Positions 22,028-33,330 of a stretch of DNA of 64,000 nt are shown in pieces. How positions within the stretch are numbered: position 1 is the first letter of the stretch; the number at the start of each line of letters is the position of its first letter. A model generated the notes under the pieces. The model saw only the letters and a list, made by a program, of their open reading frames with translations. It was not told where the DNA came from and searched no databases. The stretch comes from Epithemia pelagica (lineage: Eukaryota > Protista > Bacillariophyta). The stretch spans positions 1,488,001-1,552,000 of the forward strand of contig OX337231.1 of NCBI GenBank assembly GCA_946965045.2, in the 5' to 3' direction. The position numbers and the translations under genes are program-made.

Positions 22028-23487
22028 CGGCTGAGTTCAGTGATCACGCAAAACGCAACCAGAGTGTTGAGTGTTGAAGTTCTACTTGACTGTTTTACAC
22101 TTTTAAGCTTAAATTAACAACTTTTAACTTTTTTCATGAAAGTCCAGTCAATTTCCAGCCGAGATCCCATGACTTTTCTCTTTTCTCAGTGAAATCAAGT
22201 TGGACAGCACCACATTTTCAACTTTGACTTAACGTTTTCCATGAAGTCAAGTTCTGAACTAGGAGTATGACCTTCCAACGTCAGCGTGAGCTGCGACTTC
22301 TACCATTACTCGTATCTCGAATCGTGGAAGTCAATAATATCTTAGTTTCTGACTTCTGACTTTAAGTCGACTTTTCTTTCTAAAAAAGTAAAAAGTCAAT
22401 TTGCAGAACTTTTGTGGCAATTGAATTGGAACTCCATTGTTCCTTTTTCAAGAATTTGTTGACTTTGTGTGTTCCAAGATCTCTAGTAGAGGTCGGTCCC
22501 GCAACAGCTCATCTCTGCTAGAGTGCGCTGGAGAGGTTTCTGCTGGAACTAGGTATGCGCATCCGCTGGAGATAAGACTACCTGTGCTACCTTGATAAAA
22601 ATGCCTAGCTAGGGGAGTACTCCTAGTAACTAGAGCACTTATCTTGGTGAGAGCTTTCCTTTCCAGTGGTGGAATAGTTGCTTGGTCTCCAGCAGAATCT
22701 TTTTGTTTTGTTGCCATGTCAATATTATCTCCTTTCAAGAATACACTGATAGGTGTCCTCTTACAGAACCTTCATTTTGGGGGTGTGCTTCGGACTGCTA
22801 TCCATATTGCACTCTTCCACAGTCGAAGAGTCATCATTGTTATTGCAATCAGACACTTTGGAAGGCTGTGTGGAGCAAATGAATGACACAGAGTGACCAG
22901 TATGAAACAAACAAATGAGCAAGGATAAAAGTGACCAGTGCAGAGAAAAGACTACGGTGACTAACGTATACACGCAACAGAAAATCTTTGCTGGGATTCT
23001 CTAGCGCTGGATCTCCAGCGCTGAAGATGCGTGACTGCTTACTGCTTACCGCAGAACCAAGAACTGACTTCAAAGTTAAAAGCTGAGTTGACTTCATTTA
23101 TGGGCTGCCAACCCGTAATTTGCAAATTCCTGACCCCCCATAGCCCTGGACCCCCCATTTAACTTCAGCGTACATCGCTCCCTCAATTTTTATCTGTAGG
23201 CTCTTGACCAACTATAGGGTTACCCCCACATTCCTCACTCCTCACGTTCAAGCCTTTCTATCGCAATGGCTAACATCTCACATAAGACGGGAGAGAATCA
23301 AAGAGGAGAAACAAGAGATACCACATGATGGGTATTGTAATTAGGGTTAAGGCTGCGCTTCGAAGCATAGCCTTTCTGGATTCTAGTTCATCCAACCCTT
23401 CTTTACACCCCCGATGCTGAACATGAGCGTTACTATGAAATTTAATGATTGAAAATTGCCGGCCCCCAAAGTCGATTCATTTGCTTT

Positions 23488-24057
23488 GGATGATGGGCAG
23501 ACGACTATGTCATTCATGACTGAATCCAAGACTCAGATCCAATTTGCGATGGATACTCCAATGGAGTCGACTTGGACTCCAGAGATACTAGGGGTAGCTA
23601 TGATGGCAACCAAACTGGAGTCGACATGGATTATACTTGATGCAATCAAGTAGGAACCTAATAGATGCGTGGGACCTATTGTACTCAATCCTAGCTACCA
23701 AGAGATTGCTGCTTTCCTACCAAAACCAATTGGTGACAGAATCACCAGCATTTAGGTCCGGATCTACTCCTACCTCCTCTGAGTGTAGCTAGCGGTCTAC
23801 TAGATAGCATAGCTACTCACTACTCATACAACCACCCGGATGTGATTCGGATGATGGGCAGACGACTATGTCATTCATGACTGAATCCAAGACTCAGATC
23901 CAATTTGCGATGGATACTCCAATGGAGCTCCAGAGATACTAGGGGTAGCTATGATGGCAACCAAACTGGCGTCGACATGGAATATACTTGATGCAATCAA
24001 GTAAGAACCTAATAGATGCGTGGTCCCTATTGTACTCAATCCTAGCTACTGAGAGAT
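23488..24057. repeat. About 215-bp direct repeat, two copies (23488-23706, 23849-24057)
   Basis: Both start GGATGATGGGCAGACGACTATG and run to CCTAGCTAC..GAGAT. The second copy has a ~10-nt deletion and several substitutions. Confidence 0.9.
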
Positions 24058-24094
24058 AGCACAACTATGTTTGGCTAGGTGTTAGTGACATAGT

Positions 24095-24739
24095 GGGTCT
24101 TTACTGAAATGTTTTTATCATAAACATAACATAAAACATAAACACAACGCAAATTTATGTAAGGCTCATAACCCGCTCATAACCTATTGGTTATGTTTGA
24201 GTTTATGATTCGTCGCTTGGTTATGAGGCATGAATTCATACCTCATAACCGTTGTGTTCAAACATAACACAAAACACATCCGAAAAATTCTCAACGCATG
24301 CCCAACACCGGGCATGCGCATGAAAATGGACACGAGTTCCCCACCAGATTCATGGGACTCTCTTGTTGGAACTTTGCCGAGATGATACACTGGTACGCTG
24401 GGTATGTCACTTCCGCTCAATGCTTGATGAGGAAGAAGGAAGGAAGAAGGAAGAAGGAAGAAGAATCATCAAGCTTGACCATCACACTAGCACCTCTTTT
24501 TTTATGCCAAAGAAAAGCAAGGCAAAAGCATGTAGAGATGCGTCGGATTGAGGTGGGGGGAAACTTTGGAGCATTTTTGTGTTCCCGCTGTTATGTTTTA
24601 TGTTTTGCTATTATGTTTTATGTTTCAAAGAGTTTCAGTGGCATGAGCAGTCATAAACATAAACATAACATAACGAGGCAAAAACTTTGTGTTTATGTTT
24701 TATGTTATGTTTATGATAAAAACATTTCAGTAAAGACCC
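24095..24739. mobile_element. 645-bp MITE, PIF/Harbinger-like
   Basis: Perfect 53-bp TIRs (24095-24147, 24687-24739) starting GGGTCTTTACTG, 3-bp TSD AGT, and many internal ATAAACATA/TATGTTTAT motifs. Confidence 0.92.
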
Positions 24740-25112
24740 AGTTGCTACTCTCACTAGAGGACGTGGGGAGATGTTTCGTGGGTTGGTTCGTTGGGCGTGA
24801 TTCTGACGTGGAACAGCGTGGTGAAATGGTTTTTATTTAATGGATTGATAAAACAATGGATGACCGTTCTTCGATCATTGTTTTTCTTCGGGGCTGAATG
24901 GTTTTGAATAGGGGTTGGCCCGGCGTTTTTTGCCTAACATGGGAAGGTTTTGGAGTAAAGTACTGAATTTCGACTCTTGAGCTAAAAAAGTTTTTTCTAG
25001 TCTTTGATGTTTTTCCACCCCCAGACCCCCTTAGCCTGCCGGCTTACCCGACACGTTCATTCTGAACTCAGTCGAACTAGGCGAGGACTAAATAGGGTAG
25101 CTTGAGAAGAAC

Positions 25113-28100
25113 TCAAGCTAGTCCAGCATAATGAAGAATGACGGGACGCCATGTGTTGAGCCAGGTATGTAATTGAGTGGAGGTGGTTTCGTGGAGAAAA
25201 TGAGTTGCAGTGGAATCATAAAAGAAGGTACGATCTGCCGAAGGAGCAGACGATCGCAGAAGATACAAGTCGACAATTTTGCGACGGGCTTGGTCGAGAG
25301 AAGCAGCTTCACGAGTGGGAGCATTACGACCGTGAACATCCAGATTACGGCGCGTCCAGAGGTTGTGCACGTGTTGCCATATAATTTTGATACTGCCACA
25401 AATAGAGCGACGTCCAGAGAACTTGACAGGGTTCAATTCATGAGCAGAGACAAATTTGTCTTGGAGACTAATCCAGTCCTTGACAAAGCGACCGAAGAAC
25501 AATTGATCCCATCCAACAAGCGTTTGGCGGATAATCAGGGCTTGATATGGTGCAGGGACAGTCGGAAGCGCAATAGGAGTGTCCGCAAGCCACAGGCGCA
25601 TTGCTTCACGAAGAATGGTGACGAGACATGGATCGAAAGAGTTTTCAGTCCAAAATTCATTGAGCTCATCGAACAATGGACCCGTCCAGTTTCGTCTAGA
25701 CGGGCAGCGAAGGAAGTGGGAGCGATTTTCTTGTATGTTCGGACAGTTTGGGCACATGCACGTATAATGGTTGGCGTAGTGTTGTTTGAGAGTGCCAACT
25801 GGTAGCCAGTTGTGGACGTATTTGGTGAGAAAATGGCGGCGATGAAAGTTTGCCCGCATCACAGAACCGTGTGTGTCCCAGCAAATCGAGTCAAAGACCG
25901 AAGAAGACCAGTGATGTTTAGATTTCAGGTACTCTGTAATTACCGGATCGCTCGAAAGACGGCGAAGAGTGCTTCTGTAGTTGGATGTAATGGTCCCAGA
26001 CGGGCCATGCAACGCAGCAACAGTGCCAGTAATGAGTGGGCTGAACCGAGAAGAAATTGTTGTAGGGTAACGGTATTCACCAGCTAAATGGTCAGCTTGG
26101 ACGTTCAATTGAGCTTCAAGAGGCAATGTCTCATACGGGTGATATCGATCTTGATGGGCCTTGACATGACTGAGCGGAGGAATCGAGGGAAACTGACGTA
26201 ATGTATAAACTATCGACTGCTGCAAATCCCAGTCGGGTCCCATTGTTGAGTAAGGGTATTCAACTTGCCAGTCCAAACGTTGTCTGACGGTTTCGATCAT
26301 GCTCAATGAATCCGTGTAAAAGTGTAGATCGTTGGGGAGATTCTGATTGTGAAAAAGACATAGGTGGTAAATGGAACGTAGCAAGGACAGATAGCCGTAG
26401 CTTTCTGCCCGAAACAATGAAGTCCTGATTCCGGGGGCAGGGCCGGCCAATTCAAACAGGCGTTGGTTTTCATGGGAGACACATACAGCACCGAAGCTCC
26501 CGGTAAAGAGAGCCGCGGAACCATCGCTGCACAAGACAAGTCCGTTTGTGAATTGTTCGAACAAAATTGAAGGAGAGCAACGGAGAACAAATCCGGAAAG
26601 AAGATCTTGTTCCCACTTTGGCAAAGACATCACATGAGCAGTAAACGTGTTAGGGACTTCCTGTGGCACAGGATCCAGACGGTGACTATACTTGTGAAGA
26701 ATCCTCTGGTTGAACGGAGCAGGTGTCGTCGTAACTGGGACAGCAGCTGCTGGGACAATGAGAGTAAATTGGTCAGTCGGTGAGAACCAGCGGTACAAGT
26801 TTTCATGGTAGATTCGGTAGTTAGCACCATCGAGGACAAACAGTCGAGATGACTGTTCGCACAAATAACAATTCCATTTCCGTATCGTTGAGTAGCCAGT
26901 TTTTAGCCATTTGCCCAAAGGGTTATTGAGTCGTCTGTTAGTATCGCCGGTGGTTAAGGTTGAAAGAAATTTCCGCCACAAGTTCCATGCTTTGGTGCTC
27001 GGATAATCTTGGTAGGCTGTTAGTCCTCGTAGAGTAGAATGTTGTAGATGCAGACCGTGAGTAGGTGATAAAGATAAGCATTGCCCGTTGCAGGTGGTAA
27101 TATCGCTAACCAGTGTAACACCGAGATACAATCTGCATGCGTTCAATAGTTGCAAATCCAAAGGTTTCATGGTAAATTGTAAAGCGTGGTCCATTAGAAA
27201 CGAGTCGTTTTCCCGCTGTAGAGGAATGATGAAATCTTGTGCGAGTTCAATTCTGCAGTCAACAGTTGCTAAAAAGGATCGGAGAGAAGGAAGCCACATC
27301 ATGGGAGCTAAGTGGGGGAGTGGAGTTTTGACATCTTCGAGAATAGATACACTGGTACCGGCTAGCCACTGGCCCCAGGACACTGTAATGTGAGCAAGAT
27401 CAGATGGCAATCCTTGGGACCGCAGACACGCAAGGAACATGTAGACTTGTGAGATTCCTCGTTCGGTAGCTAGGGATCGCAAACCAATTCCTCCGAAATC
27501 TGGGGACCCGTACACGATTACATTTGGAGTGCACCTGTTATAACCTCATTTTGTTAACAGGGCCTTCTTGAATTGTCGTTGGAGGGCTTTACAGTGCTTG
27601 TCAGAGAGGGATGATGATTGCATTGGGTAGGTAATGCTTGGTAAGTAGACGGAATGATAATACGCCCAGGCGTCTGTTCGATTAAACGGGCTTCGTGCCA
27701 TGACACTGGTATGTTGACTGTTTTTCTTGGCTAGAGCAAGGAAGAGACTTCGGTCGGTTGAAGCCGGTGATTTCATTACACCAAGTGTTTTATGGCTTTG
27801 ATAAGCAGAGAGTTGCTTTAGTGGATGCGGTGAATTGTTGTTGTTAAACTGTATGCTGATACGAGGTCCAATCTGGCCATTGCAAAGGTACGGTAGCCCA
27901 TCAATTGTAAAGTCGAAGTAGAGGAAGTGATACGAGCATTTGGTATCTTCCAAAGCTCCACCCGATACGCGTAGAACATCATTCCACCTTTGAGCATCCT
28001 TGGTAGCCTTGACGATGTAATGTTCCGGTGACTGACGCTTGGGCAAGTTGAAGTCGTTCGTACTCCCGCTGGTGTCATCCACAAATCCTATCATAAAAAC

Positions 28101-31100
28101 TTGAGCCTCAATCTCTCCTTGTGGAGAACAAAATGTCGCTCCATGAGCCTTTTCATCGTACGCATGAAAAAGTACCGAACTGATTACACACCATATTCCT
28201 GGAGAGTTTCCTGCTCCCTGTCCGGAACCGTAGATTGGGAAAATTTTGCAGTGTTTGTAAAACTTCTCTGATACACCAAGTTGCGTCTTGAGGTAGTATT
28301 TTGCATCCTCTAGAGTTGCAGCATTGATAAATACCACTGATCGATGCTGGCCATAGGATCGAGATGCTAGGCTGCCAAACGACATCACGATTCTGTCGTA
28401 GCACGCCGTTGCATCGTAGTCGAGGTGGACTAGCGGCCGTTTGCTCGAGAGGCTAATCTCATATTGGAACTCTTCCAACATGGTTGGAAGGATAGCGTCT
28501 TTTCCTGGAACTCCACCAAACTGTTGGGGATGTAAAAGTTGATTGTTAGAACCGTTGCGTATCATCTGTCTCCATTTCACTGCTAAGATCAGGTTATAAT
28601 CCTGTTCATACAGGTGTATAACTCTTAGACGATGAATCCGATGATTGTTTGGTTCCTTCAATATCATCACATTGACGATATGTTTCCATCGTGATAGGCT
28701 GTAGCAATGGCTGATAGCTAGATTGAGCATTGTCACTTGCCATTCGATAAGTTGATGTCGTTGTTGTTCCAGTTGAGCAGTTGCATCATCGTCATCTTCA
28801 ATGGAGATTGGATTGACCAGTGCCTTGCTATGAGACAGGTGAAAGCCAGACGGTGAGGTCGATGTCTTTTCAGGCCACGTTCGAATCTTTTCGGTCCACT
28901 CTTCGATTGTGATTGTGTCCTTGATTTCGTCCAGGTTTGTTCGGGCCTGCATGTGGCGGAGTACATCTTGCGAGACTGAATCGAGTTCCTCTGTGTTCCA
29001 TTGCCCTTCGAGAATAAGGTCTGCTACATGAGTCGACGCTCCCCAATCGATCCATTCACAAAATGGTGGGCGAGTTGGAAAGAGACCATCTGCTTGACCA
29101 AAATGGGTTTGGTTGCGTTGAAGAAGACGACTTTCTATCTCTTCTGGCGTGTCAATACTGATCCAATCAACACAGGATTTGTAGTTAACGTCGTCAGGGT
29201 CGGCTGGTACGTCCAATCGAGTGATTCCTGCTTTCTCCGCTCCTCGACATTGGCGAATCTTCTTGTACATATTCTTGGTTCTTTCTGCCGCCATGAGATT
29301 CTTGATGAGTTTGGCCTTTTTCTTGTTACCTTTTGCCTCTGCGTCCCGTAACTGGATAAGTTGTTCATTCTGACGATGGAAGACAGCATCTTTAGTTGAT
29401 TGGCGGATCTGTTGTTGAATCTGTCGACACAGCGCTTGACATGCGGCCAGGGTCGTTGGTATTTCAAACTCTTCGTCTTGATTTTTGTACCTTGCAATTG
29501 CTTCTTCGAATGACCTTTTTAGCCGGATAGACGATATTGTCTTGAGCAATATGTTCTTTCTTCGACGTAGCGTTGCCAGCTCGGACGAGAATGCTATATT
29601 TCTGGGCTTTCGTGTGCATTGCTTTGCTCCAAAAGTCCCAGCTTGTTGAAAATTGGCATCCAATTGCTCTTGAACTTGTGGTGTCCAGTGAGTTATTGCT
29701 CTTTCTAGTCTTGTTCCAAAGTTGTGTTCTTGAAGATATCTGTGCTTTGCGGCAATATATTGTCGAACAGCGATAGGGTCCTTCGCGGTGAATTCTCGGC
29801 AAGGTATTGGTGCTAAGGCTTGTGTTCTGTTTCCAAAAAGTGCAAGCGTATCTAGATCGAGTATCATGCCTCTGTGGTCCCCGCTTCCTCGAAATTTAAA
29901 GGGCTCGTAGCATGCGTATCGAACTGCGTCTGCAACTCTTTCGCTTGCCAGAATAAAATCAATTCGTTCGCTGCCTGTAACATGAGTACCGAAATCAGAA
30001 TGTCCTATTTGTTGTTGCATCACGTCTACCAGATTGCATTGTGATCCGAGTGCTGATATTCCTTCACCCGAGTCTGACATAGACTCGTTGAAGTCTCCTA
30101 GCAAAAGGATCTCGCACTGTTGGTCTTGATATCGTTGAATGAATTCTCCCAGGTCCATTATGAATGCTTCTCGCGGTGATTCTCGTCTTCCTTGGACTAG
30201 CAGCATGCTTGATTGTTGAGCGGAAGCTGTATACGATCGGACTGTTGTGTTTCCGTCATTATCAGTGTAGGTGATTGCTTGTTTACAGACTTGGTACGCT
30301 GCTACCACCAAGAGTTTCTTGTTGTTCTTGCAATTCATCAGTTGGAATGACCAACGGCCAAGTGAGTCGCTGCCTTGATCAATAATTCTTGCTGTGATAC
30401 TACCCTGTGAGCCCATAAGGGTACCGCCGGGTTTGTAGTACCGTTTTCGTGCTGGTATATTGCTGCTCCCGATTGTTGTTTTGGAGAATTCAAAGTGTTT
30501 TCTGGTGGTGTCATGTATGATGTTCTTGACTGCAGATTTTGTTGAGTCAATATTTGTTTCCGCTACTCCCCAGGTATCCGCTTGAAGTTTTTGCATCTCC
30601 AATAAGAACTCGGCATAATCTCCACCATTTTCACTCAATGTGAATCCATTTGCGTTAGCAAAGTAAATTCTGAAATGATTTTCATCCTTTTCATCATCAT
30701 TGATTTCATCCCCGATGAAAGGATTTGTTGCTAAGTTTTCTGCCACTATGAGGTTGTCGTTGTCTTTGTCTTCTTGGTTAGTAGAGTCGCTGCTGTTTTG
30801 TGAGTCGTTATGTTGATTTTGGCTTGTGCTACTGGCTTGGTCTGTATCTGGTTGTTGTGCTGTCGTCTCACATGAGGTGTTGTTGCTTCTTTCTGTGAAA
30901 TTAATTGCGTGTCTGTCATTATGTGGTTGTGTGGGATCGGTTACTTATATGGAATCGGTTGCTTGTATGAACTCGGTTGCTTGTATGGAATCGGTTGCTT
31001 GTATGGTTGCTTGTGTGGAATCGGTTGCTTGTTCAGGGCTGGTTCCTTGATTGGTATCAGTCGCTCCTGGTTGATTGAGTAGATGTATCGTTGGTGAATT

Positions 31101-31202
31101 TTCTAAGCTATTCAGTACTTGCAGATAGTTGTTGTTTGTTGCTAAGTAAGTGTTGTTTCCTCTATTGATGCTCATTGGTAACACTGTCGTATCCGCTAAC
31201 AT
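25113..31202 (-). pseudogene. LINE ORF2 (APE endonuclease, RT, RNase H, C-terminal Cys/His), about 2029 codons with two in-frame stops
   Basis: Track ORFs 30945..31202, 27546..30746 and 25113..27515 are one reading frame broken only by TAA (30947-30945) and TGA (27548-27546). Motifs: FANANG, VAETN, GDFN, RIDFIL, GSGQG, FVDD, SDGSA, FRAESYG, CPNC..ENRSHFLRC. Confidence 0.9.
30949..31032. repeat. 18-bp tandem repeat (QATDSI-type) in the ORF2 N-terminus
   Basis: ATGGAATCGGTTGCTTGT x4 plus one 12-bp unit. Confidence 0.88.
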
Positions 31203-33045
31203 CCAGGTTGGATGGATGTAGCGTCATACTCACGTCCGCTGGACCGTGAGTGGCATTTGTCTGTTCCGTGGCCTGAGAACCTTCTGTTGAGGCGGCGGAC
31301 GGTGTTGTTGGTTGTTGCTGGTGATAGGACTGGATAAGGCGCTGTTCGAGAGCTTGAAACCGAGCTTCTGCTGCTGCGTTTACTGCAGAAATGATACGTT
31401 CAATATCAGACATGGGAGTCTGTCCTTGTGGTTGAGGAGGATGTTGAGACCTGGGTTGGGCATATTCTCGAGGAGGAAATTGCCTGTCGCGTTCCTGAAT
31501 AGAAGGGGTATTGTACATATTGGTGGGTGGTTGTCCTTGGGTGTTGGAGCTGTCAGCTTGCTGTTGTTCGCTAGTTTCTTGTCCTTTCGCACGTCGCAGT
31601 TGTTCTCTGAGGTCAGCATTTTCTTTTTCCAGGCGAGCGTTTTCAGCCATCACTCGCTTATCACGATCGTCGTTTGTAGTCAATTGGCTTGGTGTTGTGG
31701 AGGATCGTCTGGTTTCCACAACTTTTGGAACGTTGAGGACAGTCTTCACGTTTGTAGGGCTGATCCAGGCTTGAGTTGCTGCGGATGATCCAGTAGGCGG
31801 CTTTCCTCGAGCATCGTTTGCTTCGTCATCATCGTCTAACATATTCTCTTTTGCATATAAGGAAGCGCATGAGGACAAGTATGTCTCATAAGAGACTTCA
31901 TTTGTATCGTCGTCTTCGGCGATTCGGCGTTTGTGCTTGAATGCGACTCGTGCTGGTTGTGGTAGATTGCCCGGGCTCCTGTTCTCCGTGCTAATGATCT
32001 CTCGTACCCAATCCGCTATGAATTCTTCCAACTTGTTGGCAACGGAATCAAAGTAGGCCTCTGTGGTATGAATGTTCCAACGACCTTTTTCCTCAAGTTT
32101 CTTATGGCGCGAAATTTCTGTAACTCCTTCGATTTGAAAGATTTTTCCTTCGAGATAGAACATAATGTCTTCATTCACACCCTCTATCGGAATCACTTTG
32201 TGATCAGAGAGAAAGTCGTTCTGAGCATAAATTGATTCCAAATAGTAGGTCCTGCTTTCGTCACTTTCGTGTTTAAAACGGTGAAACATGAATTTGGGAT
32301 CCTTCTTGAAAGTTTCATTTAGAAGCCGTAGAATCTCTTTGGCATCTTCTTGTCGGCATTGAAGGCCATATGCCTTTGTTGATCGGTGGCGCTTGCGAAG
32401 GGTATATGTAAATGGCGAGGAGAAATGGATTCGGAACTTCGGGATCTTCTTTTCTGGGCATTTGGTTTCTTTATAGATCTCTTTGATGAGTCTTTCCGTC
32501 ACTTCGCTTTCCATGGTATTGGCAGGATCGATTCCAACGAAAAACCCGATATTCGAAATACGTGTCTCGTCTTCTTTCCAGTGATGAACTAGCATTTTGC
32601 CGTGGTGTTCTTTCAATCTTTGCTCGACAGAATGGTGGCGTCGTATCTGGCTGATCGGAACTCTTGAGTGAATGCGATGAAAGATGAGGTGCAGTGGATC
32701 TCGTTGTTTCTTGTCATTGCCTTTCATGAAGTGCAATTCGTAATTCCTCGCATAATCGTTGTAATTCTTGAGAGTGTTTAGATCTTTCACTTTTCTCCCG
32801 TGGTTGTTGAAAATAGTTATTTCTGGATATACTTGGCGGATAACTTGAAGAACTGAGAAATGGGTTGATGCTACCTTGGTGTTTTCATTCTTGTCGGGGC
32901 GAAAAATAAACTTCACAACGTATTCTTTCTCCTCGCCTTCGTAGTAGACTTTCTTGTTGTCAACATCAGTTGTGTTGCAACTTGCTTCATCCATCTCTTG
33001 GTCTTTGGTGGAAGAATCTCGGGCCTCTACGCCGTCGTCGGCCAT
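31162..33045 (-). CDS. LINE ORF1 protein (627 aa)
   Basis: Long ORF directly upstream of ORF2 and overlapping it by 41 nt, with a coiled-coil and Q/P-rich C-terminus. Confidence 0.82.
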   Translation of the reverse strand: MADDGVEARDSSTKDQEMDEASCNTTDVDNKKVYYEGEEKEYVVKFIFRPDKNENTKVASTHFSVLQVIRQVYPEITIFNNHGRKVKDLNTLKNYNDYARNYELHFMKGNDKKQRDPLHLIFHRIHSRVPISQIRRHHSVEQRLKEHHGKMLVHHWKEDETRISNIGFFVGIDPANTMESEVTERLIKEIYKETKCPEKKIPKFRIHFSSPFTYTLRKRHRSTKAYGLQCRQEDAKEILRLLNETFKKDPKFMFHRFKHESDESRTYYLESIYAQNDFLSDHKVIPIEGVNEDIMFYLEGKIFQIEGVTEISRHKKLEEKGRWNIHTTEAYFDSVANKLEEFIADWVREIISTENRSPGNLPQPARVAFKHKRRIAEDDDTNEVSYETYLSSCASLYAKENMLDDDDEANDARGKPPTGSSAATQAWISPTNVKTVLNVPKVVETRRSSTTPSQLTTNDDRDKRVMAENARLEKENADLREQLRRAKGQETSEQQQADSSNTQGQPPTNMYNTPSIQERDRQFPPREYAQPRSQHPPQPQGQTPMSDIERIISAVNAAAEARFQALEQRLIQSYHQQQPTTPSAASTEGSQATEQTNATHGPADVSMTLHPSNLDVSGYDSVTNEHQ

Positions 33046-33167
33046 GGTGGTCGTAGAGGTGCTCCAGCGGCTACGTAGCGCTCAGTACTGAGTCTACAGA
33101 AATTTCAAATACCAATGACAACTCACTGAGTAACTAGGGCTTTCACTTTTGCCTGATCTCGAAATTG

Positions 33168-33183
33168 TGTGAGCCAAAGATTT
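33168..33183 (+). repeat. Right copy of 16-bp direct repeat (putative LINE TSD)
   Basis: TGTGAGCCAAAGATTT, identical to 16195-16210. Confidence 0.8.
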
Positions 33184-33330
33184 CGACGGTCGCGAAAAAT
33201 ATTCGATCGCGTTTAAAGGAAGGATTCGTCATTCGGGTCGCTTTTATCCTAAAAAAATCCGCCACATCACAGAACACCGCACAACAATCACCTCGCCATG
33301 ATCACCTTGATCTGATACAATAGATGACCA

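Larger units (their letters stand above)
16211..33167 (-). mobile_element. Ambal-like non-LTR retrotransposon (LINE), about 10.6 kb after removing the nested Gypsy and MITE
   Basis: ORF1 plus ORF2 (APE-RT-RNaseH) on the minus strand, a 122-nt 5' leader, and a 16-bp direct repeat bounding the whole block between two divergent host genes. Confidence 0.78.

Noticed and set aside
23132-23158. C-tracts (G-quadruplex potential on the LINE sense strand) and a TTAGGGTTA word near 23341
   Set aside because: Only three G-runs and 1.5 telomeric units; too weak to support.
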